NCBI GenBank assembly: GCA_964469835.1 | Contig: CAYYBI010000397.1 | Span: forward strand, 1 to 36,833 | DNA: 36,833 nt | Direction: 5' to 3' | Origin: an uncultured Rhodospirillaceae bacterium | Lineage (GTDB): Bacteria > Pseudomonadota > Alphaproteobacteria > UBA8366 | Shown here: positions 25,829-35,284 of the stretch, in pieces | Position numbering within the stretch: position 1 is the first letter of the stretch | Layout: each line of letters starts with the position of its first letter | The notes under the pieces: model-generated | What the model was told of the DNA's origin: nothing | The model's database searches: none | What the model saw: the letters and a program-made list of their open reading frames with translations, nothing else | Made by a program: the position numbers and the translations under genes

Positions 25829-27076
25829 CTACCGCGCTGGGCCGACACCCTTAATGTCGGCGTCGCTGCGAACCACGCCATCCGCCCGCAGTCTTTCGAT
25901 CTCGGACTCGTCATAACCGAGTGCGGACAATACCTCGGCGTTATGCTCTCCCACCGCCGGAGGCCGCCGCGGCGACACCTTGTCCTGGCCAAGCATAAAG
26001 ACAGGGGATCCGACGGTTCGCCGCACCGGCGCCTCCGGGTCGCCCACGGGAATCACGGCCCCCGCATCGGCGAAGACCCGGTCGTCCACCACGTCCTGCG
26101 GCCGATTGACGACACCGAAGGTGATGCCGTGTTGTTCCAAAACAAGCCGCCACTCCGCCCAATCCCGCTGCTTGAATTCTTCATCCAGAATCGCGATCAG
26201 GGCGCGCGCGTTTTGCCGGCGCAACGCCGTGGTCTTGAAACGATCGTCCGCCAGCAATTCCGCGCGGCCGATTCCGTGGAAGAATTTGTCCGCCTGCTTG
26301 TCTTCATTGACCATCGCCAGAATGAACCAACGGCCATCGCGGGTGGTGTAATGATTGGCCAGCGCGTTGAACCAATCATCGCGGTGCGGCCGCGGCGGGA
26401 TCTCCGCGCCCACCAACGCCGCCTGGATATAGAAGGTATTCCACCAGGCCCCATTGGCGACCAGCGAGGTCGAGACCTGGCTCCCCTCGCCGGTCCTTTC
26501 GCGGTGGTATAATCCCATCATGATCGCGCCGAACAGCGAGGCACCGGTCGGATGATCCCCCATGCCCGGCGTCGACCGGGTCGGTGCGAGTTCCGGGGCA
26601 CTCCGCAACAGGTCCATCAGGCCGCTGCGCGCCCAAAGCGCCGTCGAATCGAAGCCGGCCTTGTCAGCCTCCGCCCCCTGCTCCCCATAGGCGGTCATGG
26701 ACGCATAGATCAGCCGGGGATTGTAGGGCCGTAAATCTTCGTATCGCAGTTTCAGCTTTGCCCGCACCGGCAGCGGGAAATTGGTAATCAGCACATCCGC
26801 GTCTGCGACCAGCTTGTGCAGGATCTCCTGCCCAGCCGGTTGCTTGAGGTCGAGGCAGATTCCACGCTTGCTGCGATTATCCGCCATCCAGGAATAATCG
26901 AATTCCGCCCGCGGCATGCCGGGCCCCCGGTCGTAGGTTCGGTAGGGATCGCCGCCCGGCGCTTCGACCTTGATCACATCAGCGCCGAAATCGGCCATGA
27001 TCGTTCCCGCCACGGGCCCGGCGATATAACTCGCGATGTCCAGCACCCGCAATCCTTCGCACACCCGGCCTGTCAT
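25829..27076 (-). CDS. Family III CoA-transferase (CaiB/BaiF family)
   Basis: 415 aa. MTGRVCEGLRVLDIASYIAGPVAGTIMADFGADVIKVEAPGGDPYR..., the typical family III N-terminus. Confidence 0.9.
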   Translation of the reverse strand: MTGRVCEGLRVLDIASYIAGPVAGTIMADFGADVIKVEAPGGDPYRTYDRGPGMPRAEFDYSWMADNRSKRGICLDLKQPAGQEILHKLVADADVLITNFPLPVRAKLKLRYEDLRPYNPRLIYASMTAYGEQGAEADKAGFDSTALWARSGLMDLLRSAPELAPTRSTPGMGDHPTGASLFGAIMMGLYHRERTGEGSQVSTSLVANGAWWNTFYIQAALVGAEIPPRPHRDDWFNALANHYTTRDGRWFILAMVNEDKQADKFFHGIGRAELLADDRFKTTALRRQNARALIAILDEEFKQRDWAEWRLVLEQHGITFGVVNRPQDVVDDRVFADAGAVIPVGDPEAPVRRTVGSPVFMLGQDKVSPRRPPAVGEHNAEVLSALGYDESEIERLRADGVVRSDADIKGVGPAR

Positions 27077-27220
27077 GAATGGAAAATCCTTGTCTTCGTT
27101 GGCGTCCGACGCCCGCCAGGGCCCCCACTCCGTTTAGACCAGGATTGCCGCTAGCGGAAGAGCACGCGCCGACGGGAAACAGCAATTATTGAAAGGGGAC
27201 AGGCCCGGACCGATCGCAAT

Positions 27221-27427
27221 CTACGTCTTGGGCGGAATACTCGGCGACTCGATCTGTCCCGGCAGATCAAGGGCAGCGTAAATGACCGGATCGAATATCT
27301 TGTCACACCGATATTTGCGGTACAAATGCAATCCGATCCAGACCGACACGATGAATAAGACGATCGCCACCACCGCGACGACAGAAAGTATGACGATGAC
27401 GCCGCGAAACGCAACTCCGAGATTCAT
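27221..27427 (-). CDS. Possible small single-pass membrane protein (68 aa)
   Basis: MNLGVAFRGVIVILSVVAVVAIVLFIVSVWIGLHLYRKYR... has one clear hydrophobic helix followed by basic residues. Codon usage is acceptable, the SD is weak, and no family is recognised. Confidence 0.4.
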   Translation of the reverse strand: MNLGVAFRGVIVILSVVAVVAIVLFIVSVWIGLHLYRKYRCDKIFDPVIYAALDLPGQIESPSIPPKT

Positions 27428-27532
27428 GGCGCGATACGGCCCTAATATGTCCTAAAGGATTTCAAGCCGGGCGACAATTCACTGGACTGGCTGAATTACC
27501 AGCTGCTTGGTGCCCGCGGGCACCGACCGGCT

Positions 27533-27949
27533 TCAGCCGCCCATGTTCTTCATTGCCTCGGTAATTTCCTCTGGGGTTACGTCGCGGAGGTGCGTCGCAA
27601 AAGTCCAGTTGAAGCCATACGGATCGCTCGCCGCTGCGGTTCGGTCATGCCAGAACATGTCTTCCGGTTCCGCGCAACGCGTCGTGCCGGCGCTGAGTGA
27701 CTGCGAATAGGCCGTGTCGGCGTCATCCACATAGAGGTAAAATTTGACCGGTAACGACCTATCCGCTGCATTCTTCCCCCAATCCGGGTTAGCATCGCCC
27801 AGAACGATACGCGACGTGCCGACTTGCGGCATCGCGAAGGGATTTTCATCATGCAATTCGGATTTAATATTCGCATGCACGCTGCGGCGGCCTCCGTTTT
27901 CAACCCAAATTTCGGCCGCATCACCGGGACCACGGAAACCACAGATCAA
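27533..27949 (-). CDS. VOC family protein (PhnB-like), start uncertain
   Basis: The C-terminal 110 aa of track ORF 27533..28111 look VOC/PhnB-like (...RIVLGDANPDWG...VKFYLYVDDADTAYSQSLSAGTTRCAEPEDMFWHDRTAAASDPYGFNWTFATH). The upstream part of the ORF overlaps nnrS and is not protein-like. The only plausible in-frame start is TTG 27949. Confidence 0.5.
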   Translation of the reverse strand: MICGFRGPGDAAEIWVENGGRRSVHANIKSELHDENPFAMPQVGTSRIVLGDANPDWGKNAADRSLPVKFYLYVDDADTAYSQSLSAGTTRCAEPEDMFWHDRTAAASDPYGFNWTFATHLRDVTPEEITEAMKNMGG

Positions 27950-29160
27950 TGACCACGCAGAACCACACGCCGATTCCGCGGCACCGGACAACGCATGGCC
28001 CGGCGATCCTCGCCCAAGGGTTTCGGCCTTTCTTTCTGTTGGCGGGCATTTGGGCGGCCGCCACGCTTGCGCTTTTCTTCGCGACACTCCAAGGCTGGAC
28101 CGTGCTTCCAACGGCCTTCAGTCCGGTCGATTGGCATTCACATGAGATGTTGTTCGGTTATATAAGCGCGTCGATCGCGGGGTTTCTCCTAACGGCGATC
28201 CCGAATTGGACGGGTCGGTTGCCGCTTCAGGGCGCACCCCTTCTGGGTCTTGCCCTGTTGTGGCTGGCGGGCCGGGCCGCCGTCGCGGTTTCGGACCTCA
28301 TCGGTGCAACGCCGGCGGCACTGATCGACCTCTCGTTCTTGTTCGCGCTGTGTGCCGTTACGCTGCGGGAGATCCTCGCCGGGCGCAACTGGCGCAACCT
28401 TCCAATTATCCTCGTGATCAGCCTGCTCTTGATTGTTAACGCCCTGATGCACGTCGAACTCCTCGGTCTGCTGGATTCCGATGGATTTGCGCGTCGATCT
28501 GCGGTCGCCATAGTCATCATGCTAATTACCCTGGTCGGTGGCCGAATTGTTCCAAGCTTTACCCGAAATTGGCTGGCGAAGCGCGGCGCCCGCGTCCTCC
28601 CCGGTCAATTCGGTTTTTTTGACCGGCTGACCGTGGCGGCCACGCTGATCGCGCTGTGTGTTTGGGCAGTCGTCCCCGATGCAGCCCTCGCTGCCAGATT
28701 TAGCGCTGTCGCGGCGGTGTTGAACCTCATCCGGCTGCTTCGCTGGCGCGGCTATTACACGCATCCGGAGCCGCTTCTCTGGGTCTTGCACCTTGCCTAT
28801 CTTTGGATTCCGGTCGGCCTTGCCCTGCTTGCACTGAGCCATTGGTGGCCCGCCCTCCCGCCGAGCGGCGCACTCCACGCGCTCACAACGGGGGCAATGG
28901 GCACCATGACGCTTGCGGTGATGAGCCGCACGACGCTCGGGCACACGGGTCGCGCGCTACACGCCGGATCGGCTCTTACGACCGCCTATCTCTGCGTAAC
29001 GCTCGCCGCGCTTCTCCGCATAGCGTCCGCCCTGTGGAGCGAAATGTATACACCGTTGCTGACGGCCGCCGCGCTTGCCTGGTTCATCGCCTTCGTCTTG
29101 TTCCTTGCTGTGTGCGCACCAATGCTCTCCACACAACGCCAGGACCGGCAAGCAGGCTAA
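27949..29160 (+). CDS. nnrS: NnrS family membrane protein
   Basis: 403-aa polytopic protein with N-terminal ...GPAILAQGFRPFFLLAGIWAAATLALFF... and conserved His-containing helices typical of NnrS. Confidence 0.9.
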   Translation: MTTQNHTPIPRHRTTHGPAILAQGFRPFFLLAGIWAAATLALFFATLQGWTVLPTAFSPVDWHSHEMLFGYISASIAGFLLTAIPNWTGRLPLQGAPLLGLALLWLAGRAAVAVSDLIGATPAALIDLSFLFALCAVTLREILAGRNWRNLPIILVISLLLIVNALMHVELLGLLDSDGFARRSAVAIVIMLITLVGGRIVPSFTRNWLAKRGARVLPGQFGFFDRLTVAATLIALCVWAVVPDAALAARFSAVAAVLNLIRLLRWRGYYTHPEPLLWVLHLAYLWIPVGLALLALSHWWPALPPSGALHALTTGAMGTMTLAVMSRTTLGHTGRALHAGSALTTAYLCVTLAALLRIASALWSEMYTPLLTAAALAWFIAFVLFLAVCAPMLSTQRQDRQAG

Positions 29161-29281
29161 TCACGGGCGACGTTGCGCGGCGGCAATCCCCCAGGACAAA
29201 CACGACATTTTGTGACCCCAGCGCCAATCCCGTAAATTGGCCGACACCTTAAACTGATCGAAACCGCACGGGTGTCTCGTC

Positions 29282-29932
29282 ATGGTTCAAATACGCATCG
29301 GCTTCGTCGGCGACAGCATCACCCATGGGACCGGGGACGAGACATTATTGGGCTGGCCTTATCGTGCCGGCCAGGCGGAAGTGGCGCGCGGCCACGACGT
29401 CACGGTCTACAATCTCGGCATCCGGGCGGATACGTCGGGGTTGGTGGCGGAACGCTGGGAAGCGGAGTGCCGGGCGCGTCTGAAGCCAAGTTTCGCCTGT
29501 GCCACGGTCTTCGCCATCGGCATCAACGACAGCGCCCATGAAAAGAGCGACGCGATGAATGGGCAGCGGATCGAACTGGCCCGCTCACTCGAAATTATCA
29601 GCGAAATGCTGCCCAAGGCCGGAGAATTCGGCCCCGTTCTCTGGATCGGCCCGACGCCGGTTGTCGAAGCGATGATGCCGATTACCCGCCTGCCGGGCGT
29701 GATCTATGACTTCCGGAACGATGCGATCGACGACTACAACCGTGCTTATGTCGCAAAAGCGGCTGACCTCGGCGTGCCCTATCTCGATCTCTTCACACCG
29801 TTAAGCGCCGACCCGGCATGGGAAGCCGCACTCCGGAAATCCGATGGGCTCCACCCGAATGCGCAAGGCTACGAAATGATGGCGGCCCGGATCGGCGACT
29901 GGACAGGCTGGCGCGGACTCTTCGACGGCTAA
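29282..29932 (+). CDS. SGNH/GDSL-type hydrolase
   Basis: 216 aa. Block I is IGFVGDSITHGTGD, with a C-terminal DGLHPN catalytic block. Confidence 0.85.
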   Translation: MVQIRIGFVGDSITHGTGDETLLGWPYRAGQAEVARGHDVTVYNLGIRADTSGLVAERWEAECRARLKPSFACATVFAIGINDSAHEKSDAMNGQRIELARSLEIISEMLPKAGEFGPVLWIGPTPVVEAMMPITRLPGVIYDFRNDAIDDYNRAYVAKAADLGVPYLDLFTPLSADPAWEAALRKSDGLHPNAQGYEMMAARIGDWTGWRGLFDG

Positions 29933-29939
29933 CGGGCCG

Positions 29940-31574
29940 TTATTCCGTCATCACGAACCCTTCGTAGTCCTTCTCCACAACTTCCTTGCATATCGCCGTA
30001 TACCGGTCGACACCGCCAACATAGGGCATGAAGACGCGCGGCTTGCCGGGAATATTCGCGCCCATATACCAGGAATTCGCGCGCGGATAGAGTGTCGAAT
30101 TGGCAACGTCGTTCACATGTTGGACCCAGAATTCCTCGGCCTCCTCCGTCGCCTCAATCCGAGACAGGCCGCGTCCGCGCAATGTCTCGATACACTCCAC
30201 GATCCAGTCAACATGCTGTTCGATCGACAGGATCATCTGCGATTTCACGCCGGGACTGCCGGGACCGGTAATAGTGAAGAGGTTAGGAAAGCCCGCGACC
30301 ATCAGGCCGAGATAGGTCTTCGGTCCCGCCTGCCACTTTTCCCGCATCGTTAGGCCCGCGGTGGTGCGAATATCGACCTCGAGGACCGCCCCGGTCATGG
30401 CGTCGAAGCCGGTCGCGAATATGATCGCGTCGAGAGCGTAGTCGCCCGTTTTCGTCCGCAGGCCATCCGGCGTTATTTCCTCGATCGGCGCATTCTGTAC
30501 ATCGACCAGCGTTACATTGTCGCGGTTGTAGGTTTCGTAATAGTCGGTGTCGAGGCAGATCCGCTTGGTGCCGATCGGATGGTCCTTCGGCGCCAGCAGC
30601 TCGGCGACCGTCGGATCCTTCACCGTTTCTCGAATGCGCTGGCGCACGAAATCCGCCGCCGTGTCATTCGATTCCTGATTCACCAGCAGATCCTTATAGG
30701 CGAACAGGAAGCTGATCGTCCCACCCTTCGCCCAGCGCGCCGCATAGTGCTTCTCGCGCGCCTCGGGTTCGTCTTCGACGGCGGCCTTCTCCGGTGGCGG
30801 ATAGCCCGAAATACCAAAGGGCGTGAAATAGGCCGCCGCGCGGCGGTCCGCATACTCCGCCTTGTGCGCCCGCACTTCTTCATCCGGGAGCGGCATGTTG
30901 CGCGCCGGCAGGCTATAATTCGCCGTTCGCTGGAACACGTGCAGGTGTTTCGCCTGTTTCGCGACAAGCGGGATGATCTGGATACCGGTCGAGCCGGTGC
31001 CGATCACGCCGACCCGCTTGCCGGTGAAATCCACACCATCCTTACGCCACAGGCCGCTGTGATACCAATCGCCTTGAAAATTCGTCAGCCCCTTGAAGTC
31101 CGGCCCCCGCGGCGTCGACAGGTTGCCGACCGCCATAATGCAGAACTGTGCCGAAACCCGGTCGCCAGTGTCGGTCTCGACCGTCCAGCGATTGGCACCG
31201 GGATCGTAAACGGCGGAGGTGACGCGCACATCCAGTTGAATGTCGCGGCGCAAATCGAACCTGTCCGCCACATGATCGATGTAGCGCAGGATATCCGGCT
31301 GCTTCGAATACCGATCCGGCCAATCCCATTCCTGCTGCAATTCCTCGGAGAAGGAATAGGAATACTCCATGCTCTCGACGTCGCAGCGTGCCCCCGGATA
31401 GCGGTTCCAAAACCACGTCCCGCCGATCCCGTCACCGGCCTCAAATACCTTCACCGCGAGCCCCAGGGCGCGCAGACGATGCAAGGCATATAGTCCGGCG
31501 CCGACGACGACGACATCGAACGTCGCACTTCCCGCTTCGGACGCCCCGGCGGGTTCCTCCTGCACTTCAGACAT
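29940..31574 (-). CDS. Type I Baeyer-Villiger (flavin-containing) monooxygenase
   Basis: 544 aa. FAD motif VVVVGAGLYAL, fingerprint FQGDWYHSGLW (FxGxxxHxxxW), NADPH motif VGVIGTGSTG. Confidence 0.9.
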   Translation of the reverse strand: MSEVQEEPAGASEAGSATFDVVVVGAGLYALHRLRALGLAVKVFEAGDGIGGTWFWNRYPGARCDVESMEYSYSFSEELQQEWDWPDRYSKQPDILRYIDHVADRFDLRRDIQLDVRVTSAVYDPGANRWTVETDTGDRVSAQFCIMAVGNLSTPRGPDFKGLTNFQGDWYHSGLWRKDGVDFTGKRVGVIGTGSTGIQIIPLVAKQAKHLHVFQRTANYSLPARNMPLPDEEVRAHKAEYADRRAAAYFTPFGISGYPPPEKAAVEDEPEAREKHYAARWAKGGTISFLFAYKDLLVNQESNDTAADFVRQRIRETVKDPTVAELLAPKDHPIGTKRICLDTDYYETYNRDNVTLVDVQNAPIEEITPDGLRTKTGDYALDAIIFATGFDAMTGAVLEVDIRTTAGLTMREKWQAGPKTYLGLMVAGFPNLFTITGPGSPGVKSQMILSIEQHVDWIVECIETLRGRGLSRIEATEEAEEFWVQHVNDVANSTLYPRANSWYMGANIPGKPRVFMPYVGGVDRYTAICKEVVEKDYEGFVMTE

Positions 31575-31809
31575 AAATTCGGTCCCGGTCGCTGCTTTTT
31601 GATTCCAGCCTTTTTAAGTCTGCGCCGCAGTTTTACAAGCCGCCGAATCCTTGGCAACGGTCAGGGCGGCGATAATTCCCCGTATGAACCCGGCAACAAG
31701 CCGACGATGAGCCCGATCAAAGAATTGTTAACCTAATAGGTTTATGCGCCTGTTAAGGTGAAACTTCGTCGAATTGGAAGGATGAACGTATGGAGTTGCA
31801 ACGATAGCG

Positions 31810-32295
31810 GTGCCAAAGGAATGGGTAGTCGGCTGGCGTGAATGGCTTGCAATCCCGGCGTTGACGCTCCCGGTGATCAAGGCAAAAGTCGACACCGGCG
31901 CGCGCACGTCGGCGCTGCATGCCTTCTATCTTGAGCCCTGCGAGGTTGACGGCATTGAACGAATTCGGTTCGGCGTTCACCCCTTGCAGCGGCGGAAAGA
32001 CATCATCGTCCATTGCGAAGCGGATATTCTCGATCGGCGCGTCGTGACCGATTCCGGTGGACATCGTGAAATGCGCTACACCATCGAAGTCGAGATCATT
32101 CTGGGCGGCGAGACCTGGCCGGTCGAAATGACATTGACCGACCGGGATACGATGCAATTCCGGATGCTGCTCGGCCGCACGGCGTTGCGCGGGCGCGCGT
32201 TGGTCGACCCTGCTAGATCGTATCGCACCGGTCGCATGAAACGCGAGGACATCGTCCAAGCCTATTCGTCGAACGGGAAGGAGATTTCCGTATGA
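31810..32295 (+). CDS. Retropepsin-like 'ATP-dependent zinc protease' family protein (RimB-like, COG4067)
   Basis: GTG start. ...[34 protein letters not shown]... is typical of the family. The stop overlaps the rimK ATG in ATGA. Confidence 0.8.
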   Translation: MPKEWVVGWREWLAIPALTLPVIKAKVDTGARTSALHAFYLEPCEVDGIERIRFGVHPLQRRKDIIVHCEADILDRRVVTDSGGHREMRYTIEVEIILGGETWPVEMTLTDRDTMQFRMLLGRTALRGRALVDPARSYRTGRMKREDIVQAYSSNGKEISV

Positions 32296-33197
32296 AGATT
32301 GCCATGCTGGCCAGAAATCCAGAATTGTATTCGCACAAGAGGCTGGTCGATGTGGCACGAGAACGGGGTCACGAGATCGAAATTATCGACACCCTGCGCG
32401 TCTACATGAACGTCACGTCACACCGGTCGGAAATCCGCTATATGGGCGAGCCCATCGCCGGCTTCGACGCGGTCATCCCACGTATCGGCGCGTCGATCAC
32501 ATTCTACGGTCTCGCCGTGCTGCGCCAATTCGAGGTCATGGACATCTACCCGCTCAACGAATCCGTCGCGATTGGACGGTCGCGGGACAAGTTGCGATCC
32601 CTGCAGTTGCTGGCGCGACGGGGAATCGGCCTGCCGGTCACGGGTTTTGCGCACGCGACACAGTTCGCCGACGACCTGATCGACATGGTGGGCGGCGCGC
32701 CGGTGGTCATCAAATTGCTCGAGGGGACGCAGGGCGTCGGGGTCGTGCTCGCCGAAACCCAATCCTCCGCCAGGAGCGTAATCCAGGCATTCCGCGGCGC
32801 GAAAGTGAATATCCTGGTCCAGGAGTTTATCAAGGAAGCAGGTGGCACGGACATCCGGTGCATCGTCATCGGCGATCGCGTCGTTGCTTCGATGAAACGA
32901 GAGGGCGCGGCCGACGATTTTCGATCGAACCTGCATCGCGGCGGCCGTGCGGACACGATCCGCATTACACCGGAGGAACGGTCGACTGCCGTAAGGTCGG
33001 CAAGAATTCTCGGCTTGAACGTTGCCGGCGTCGACATGCTGCGCTCCAATCATGGGCCGGTCGTCATGGAGGTAAACTCGTCGCCAGGGCTCGAAGGTGT
33101 CGAGACGGCGACCGGACTGGATATCGCCAGCAAAATCATCGAGTTCATCGAAAAAAATGCCAAACCGAATAAAACGAAAACGCGGGGGAAGGGTTAG
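32292..33197 (+). CDS. rimK: Ribosomal protein S6 glutamate ligase / alpha-L-glutamate ligase RimK (ATP-grasp)
   Basis: 301 aa. [41 protein letters not shown]... and the ATP-grasp core closely resemble RimK. Confidence 0.92.
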   Translation: MKIAMLARNPELYSHKRLVDVARERGHEIEIIDTLRVYMNVTSHRSEIRYMGEPIAGFDAVIPRIGASITFYGLAVLRQFEVMDIYPLNESVAIGRSRDKLRSLQLLARRGIGLPVTGFAHATQFADDLIDMVGGAPVVIKLLEGTQGVGVVLAETQSSARSVIQAFRGAKVNILVQEFIKEAGGTDIRCIVIGDRVVASMKREGAADDFRSNLHRGGRADTIRITPEERSTAVRSARILGLNVAGVDMLRSNHGPVVMEVNSSPGLEGVETATGLDIASKIIEFIEKNAKPNKTKTRGKG

Positions 33198-34214
33198 ATG
33201 ACGTGGGGGCCCGTTACGATTTGCGGCACCACACTGCAGCCCGGAGAACGGGCGACCGTGGATGTTCCTGCGACCGCCCTGTCGACACACACGGAAGTCA
33301 TCATGCCTGTACATGTGGTGCACGGGCGACGGCCGGGTCCGCGATTGTTTGTCTGCGCCGCATTGCATGGCGACGAAATCAACGGCATCGAAATCCTACG
33401 GCGAATGATGCGCCTGGCGGCGCTCCGTAGGCTTTCCGGCACGCTCATTGCCGTTCCCGTGGTCAACGTCATGGGCTTTATCGCGCGCTCCCGCTACCTG
33501 CCCGACCGGCGCGACCTCAACCGGTCGTTCCCAGGGTCCATCAGCGGATCGCTGGCGGCCCGTCTCGCCAACCTGTTCCTGACGGAAGTTGTTCACGATT
33601 CCACGCATGGCATCGATCTCCACACCGGCGCCATCCATCGCACCAACTACCCGCAAATTCGCGCCAATCTCGACAACGCCGAAGCGGAACGCCTGGCGCT
33701 CGCCTTCGGCGCGCCCATCGTCATCAATGCCGGTCTGCGCGCCGGCAGCCTGCGCGCCGCCGCCAAGAACCATGAGATCCCTGTGCTGGTCTATGAAGCA
33801 GGAGAGGCGCTGCGATTTGAGGAAGTCCCGATCCGCGCCGGTTTCCGTGGCGTTCTTCGCGTCATGCGGGCGCTCGATATGCTGCCGCGTGCCAGGCAAC
33901 GGCAAGAACCGGTCCCTCCGGTTATTATCCGGTCGAGCGGATGGGCCCGCGCGCCGTCCAGTGGCGTGTTGCGTCTGGTCACCCATAACGGAGCTTTGGT
34001 CAAGCCGGGCGACCGGCTGGGCCTAATCTCGGACCCCTATGGAGAGAAGGAAGCCGAAATCTGTGCCCGCGCCGGCGGCATCGTGATCGGGCACACGACA
34101 TTGCCGGTGGTCAACGAGGGTGATGCGCTGTTCCATATCGGCCGGACGGAAGGAACGGAAGCCGCCGCAGACGCGTTGGACGCTTTCGAATCGGAAGTCG
34201 GCAACGGCCGTTGA
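33198..34214 (+). CDS. Succinylglutamate desuccinylase/aspartoacylase (AstE/AspA, M14-like) family protein
   Basis: 338 aa. The zinc-ligand context is LFVCAALHGDEINGIEILRR, then DLNRSFPG. ATG lies immediately after the rimK TAG. Confidence 0.85.
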   Translation: MTWGPVTICGTTLQPGERATVDVPATALSTHTEVIMPVHVVHGRRPGPRLFVCAALHGDEINGIEILRRMMRLAALRRLSGTLIAVPVVNVMGFIARSRYLPDRRDLNRSFPGSISGSLAARLANLFLTEVVHDSTHGIDLHTGAIHRTNYPQIRANLDNAEAERLALAFGAPIVINAGLRAGSLRAAAKNHEIPVLVYEAGEALRFEEVPIRAGFRGVLRVMRALDMLPRARQRQEPVPPVIIRSSGWARAPSSGVLRLVTHNGALVKPGDRLGLISDPYGEKEAEICARAGGIVIGHTTLPVVNEGDALFHIGRTEGTEAAADALDAFESEVGNGR

Positions 34215-34271
34215 GGCTTGAACGACCGGCGTGGACCAATGAGTCCTCTCGTTCTTAAAACGCCGATTCAA

Positions 34272-35276
34272 TTACACCTGGTAAACCCGTACCGCCGTAT
34301 CGTGAAATAGCTTGGCCCTCTCGCTCGCCGAATAATCCTCGGTGATGCGTTTAAAAGAGTTCCATAGGACATTATAACTGCAACTAATCTTGTCGACGGG
34401 AAAGTTGGATTCGAACATGCAACGGTCGGGACCGAAGTGTTCAATGGCCGTTTCGTAATAGCGTCGCGTCGCGTCGCATAATTCCCGGCTTGTCGGCGGC
34501 TTCGGCTTTTCGTGCCAACCGAAACCGACGTAGTCCATGGCCATCCCGCCAAGTTTAACGACAATATTTGGGCACCCGGCCAGATCGGCCATGCTTTCAC
34601 GCCATACGGTAAAGATTTCCTCCTGCCGACCCGCATACGCGCCGATACCCGTGATACCGCCGAGATGGTTCAGAACAATGGGCGTGCCGGGAAACGCCCT
34701 TGCCAGGTCCGCGCATTCCGAAAGCTGGTGGTACCGACAGGACAGATCAAAGCTCAGGCCGAGTGCATCGAGTTCGGCGAAGCCGTCACGAAATTTCGCA
34801 TCCAGATACAGTCCAGGCGCTTGTGCGCGGGCAATGCGCGGGTCCGGATCCCAGGCGCCGGTACACCGGATACCGCGAAAGCGATCTGGGGCCGCCGCAA
34901 CTTCCGCGTCCAGCACCTCCCTAACCCGAGTCCCCATAGAGAGGTCCGCATAGCCGACGATGCCAGCCGCGATTCGAGTCGTCCCGTACAAGCCCGAAGC
35001 CGCCATCGCCGCGACACCGTTGGCGAACTCTACCTCGCCCACATATTTCATCTCCCCCGGCCCGTCGGCGCGGTACATGGCAAGGTGCTCGATAAAGACC
35101 GTCGAGACGATGTTGTGACCGGTCTGTAGATCCTTCTGGATCTCGTCCATGAGGTAGCGCCGCTCGATGCGCCCCTCGCGGTGATCCCAGAGGTGATGGT
35201 GCGGGTCGCAAATGGGAAGATCCGGGTCGATCGCGTCTTCCCGTATTTGTGCAAGCCAGTCGTCGTTGGTCGCCAT
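34272..35276 (-). CDS. Amidohydrolase-2 family metal-dependent hydrolase
   Basis: MATNDDWLAQIREDAIDPDLPICDPHHHLWDH... carries the HxH metal motif. The track start at 35288 is TTG. I prefer ATG 35276, 8 nt after the tauD-like stop. Confidence 0.85.
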   Translation of the reverse strand: MATNDDWLAQIREDAIDPDLPICDPHHHLWDHREGRIERRYLMDEIQKDLQTGHNIVSTVFIEHLAMYRADGPGEMKYVGEVEFANGVAAMAASGLYGTTRIAAGIVGYADLSMGTRVREVLDAEVAAAPDRFRGIRCTGAWDPDPRIARAQAPGLYLDAKFRDGFAELDALGLSFDLSCRYHQLSECADLARAFPGTPIVLNHLGGITGIGAYAGRQEEIFTVWRESMADLAGCPNIVVKLGGMAMDYVGFGWHEKPKPPTSRELCDATRRYYETAIEHFGPDRCMFESNFPVDKISCSYNVLWNSFKRITEDYSASERAKLFHDTAVRVYQV

Positions 35277-35284
35277 GGCGGCGC

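Noticed and set aside
27509-27524. Perfect 16-bp palindrome GGTGCCCGCGGGCACC just after the VOC stop, as a terminator
   Set aside because: No U-tract follows on either strand. It may be a weak structural element or a protein-binding site, but a terminator call cannot be justified.
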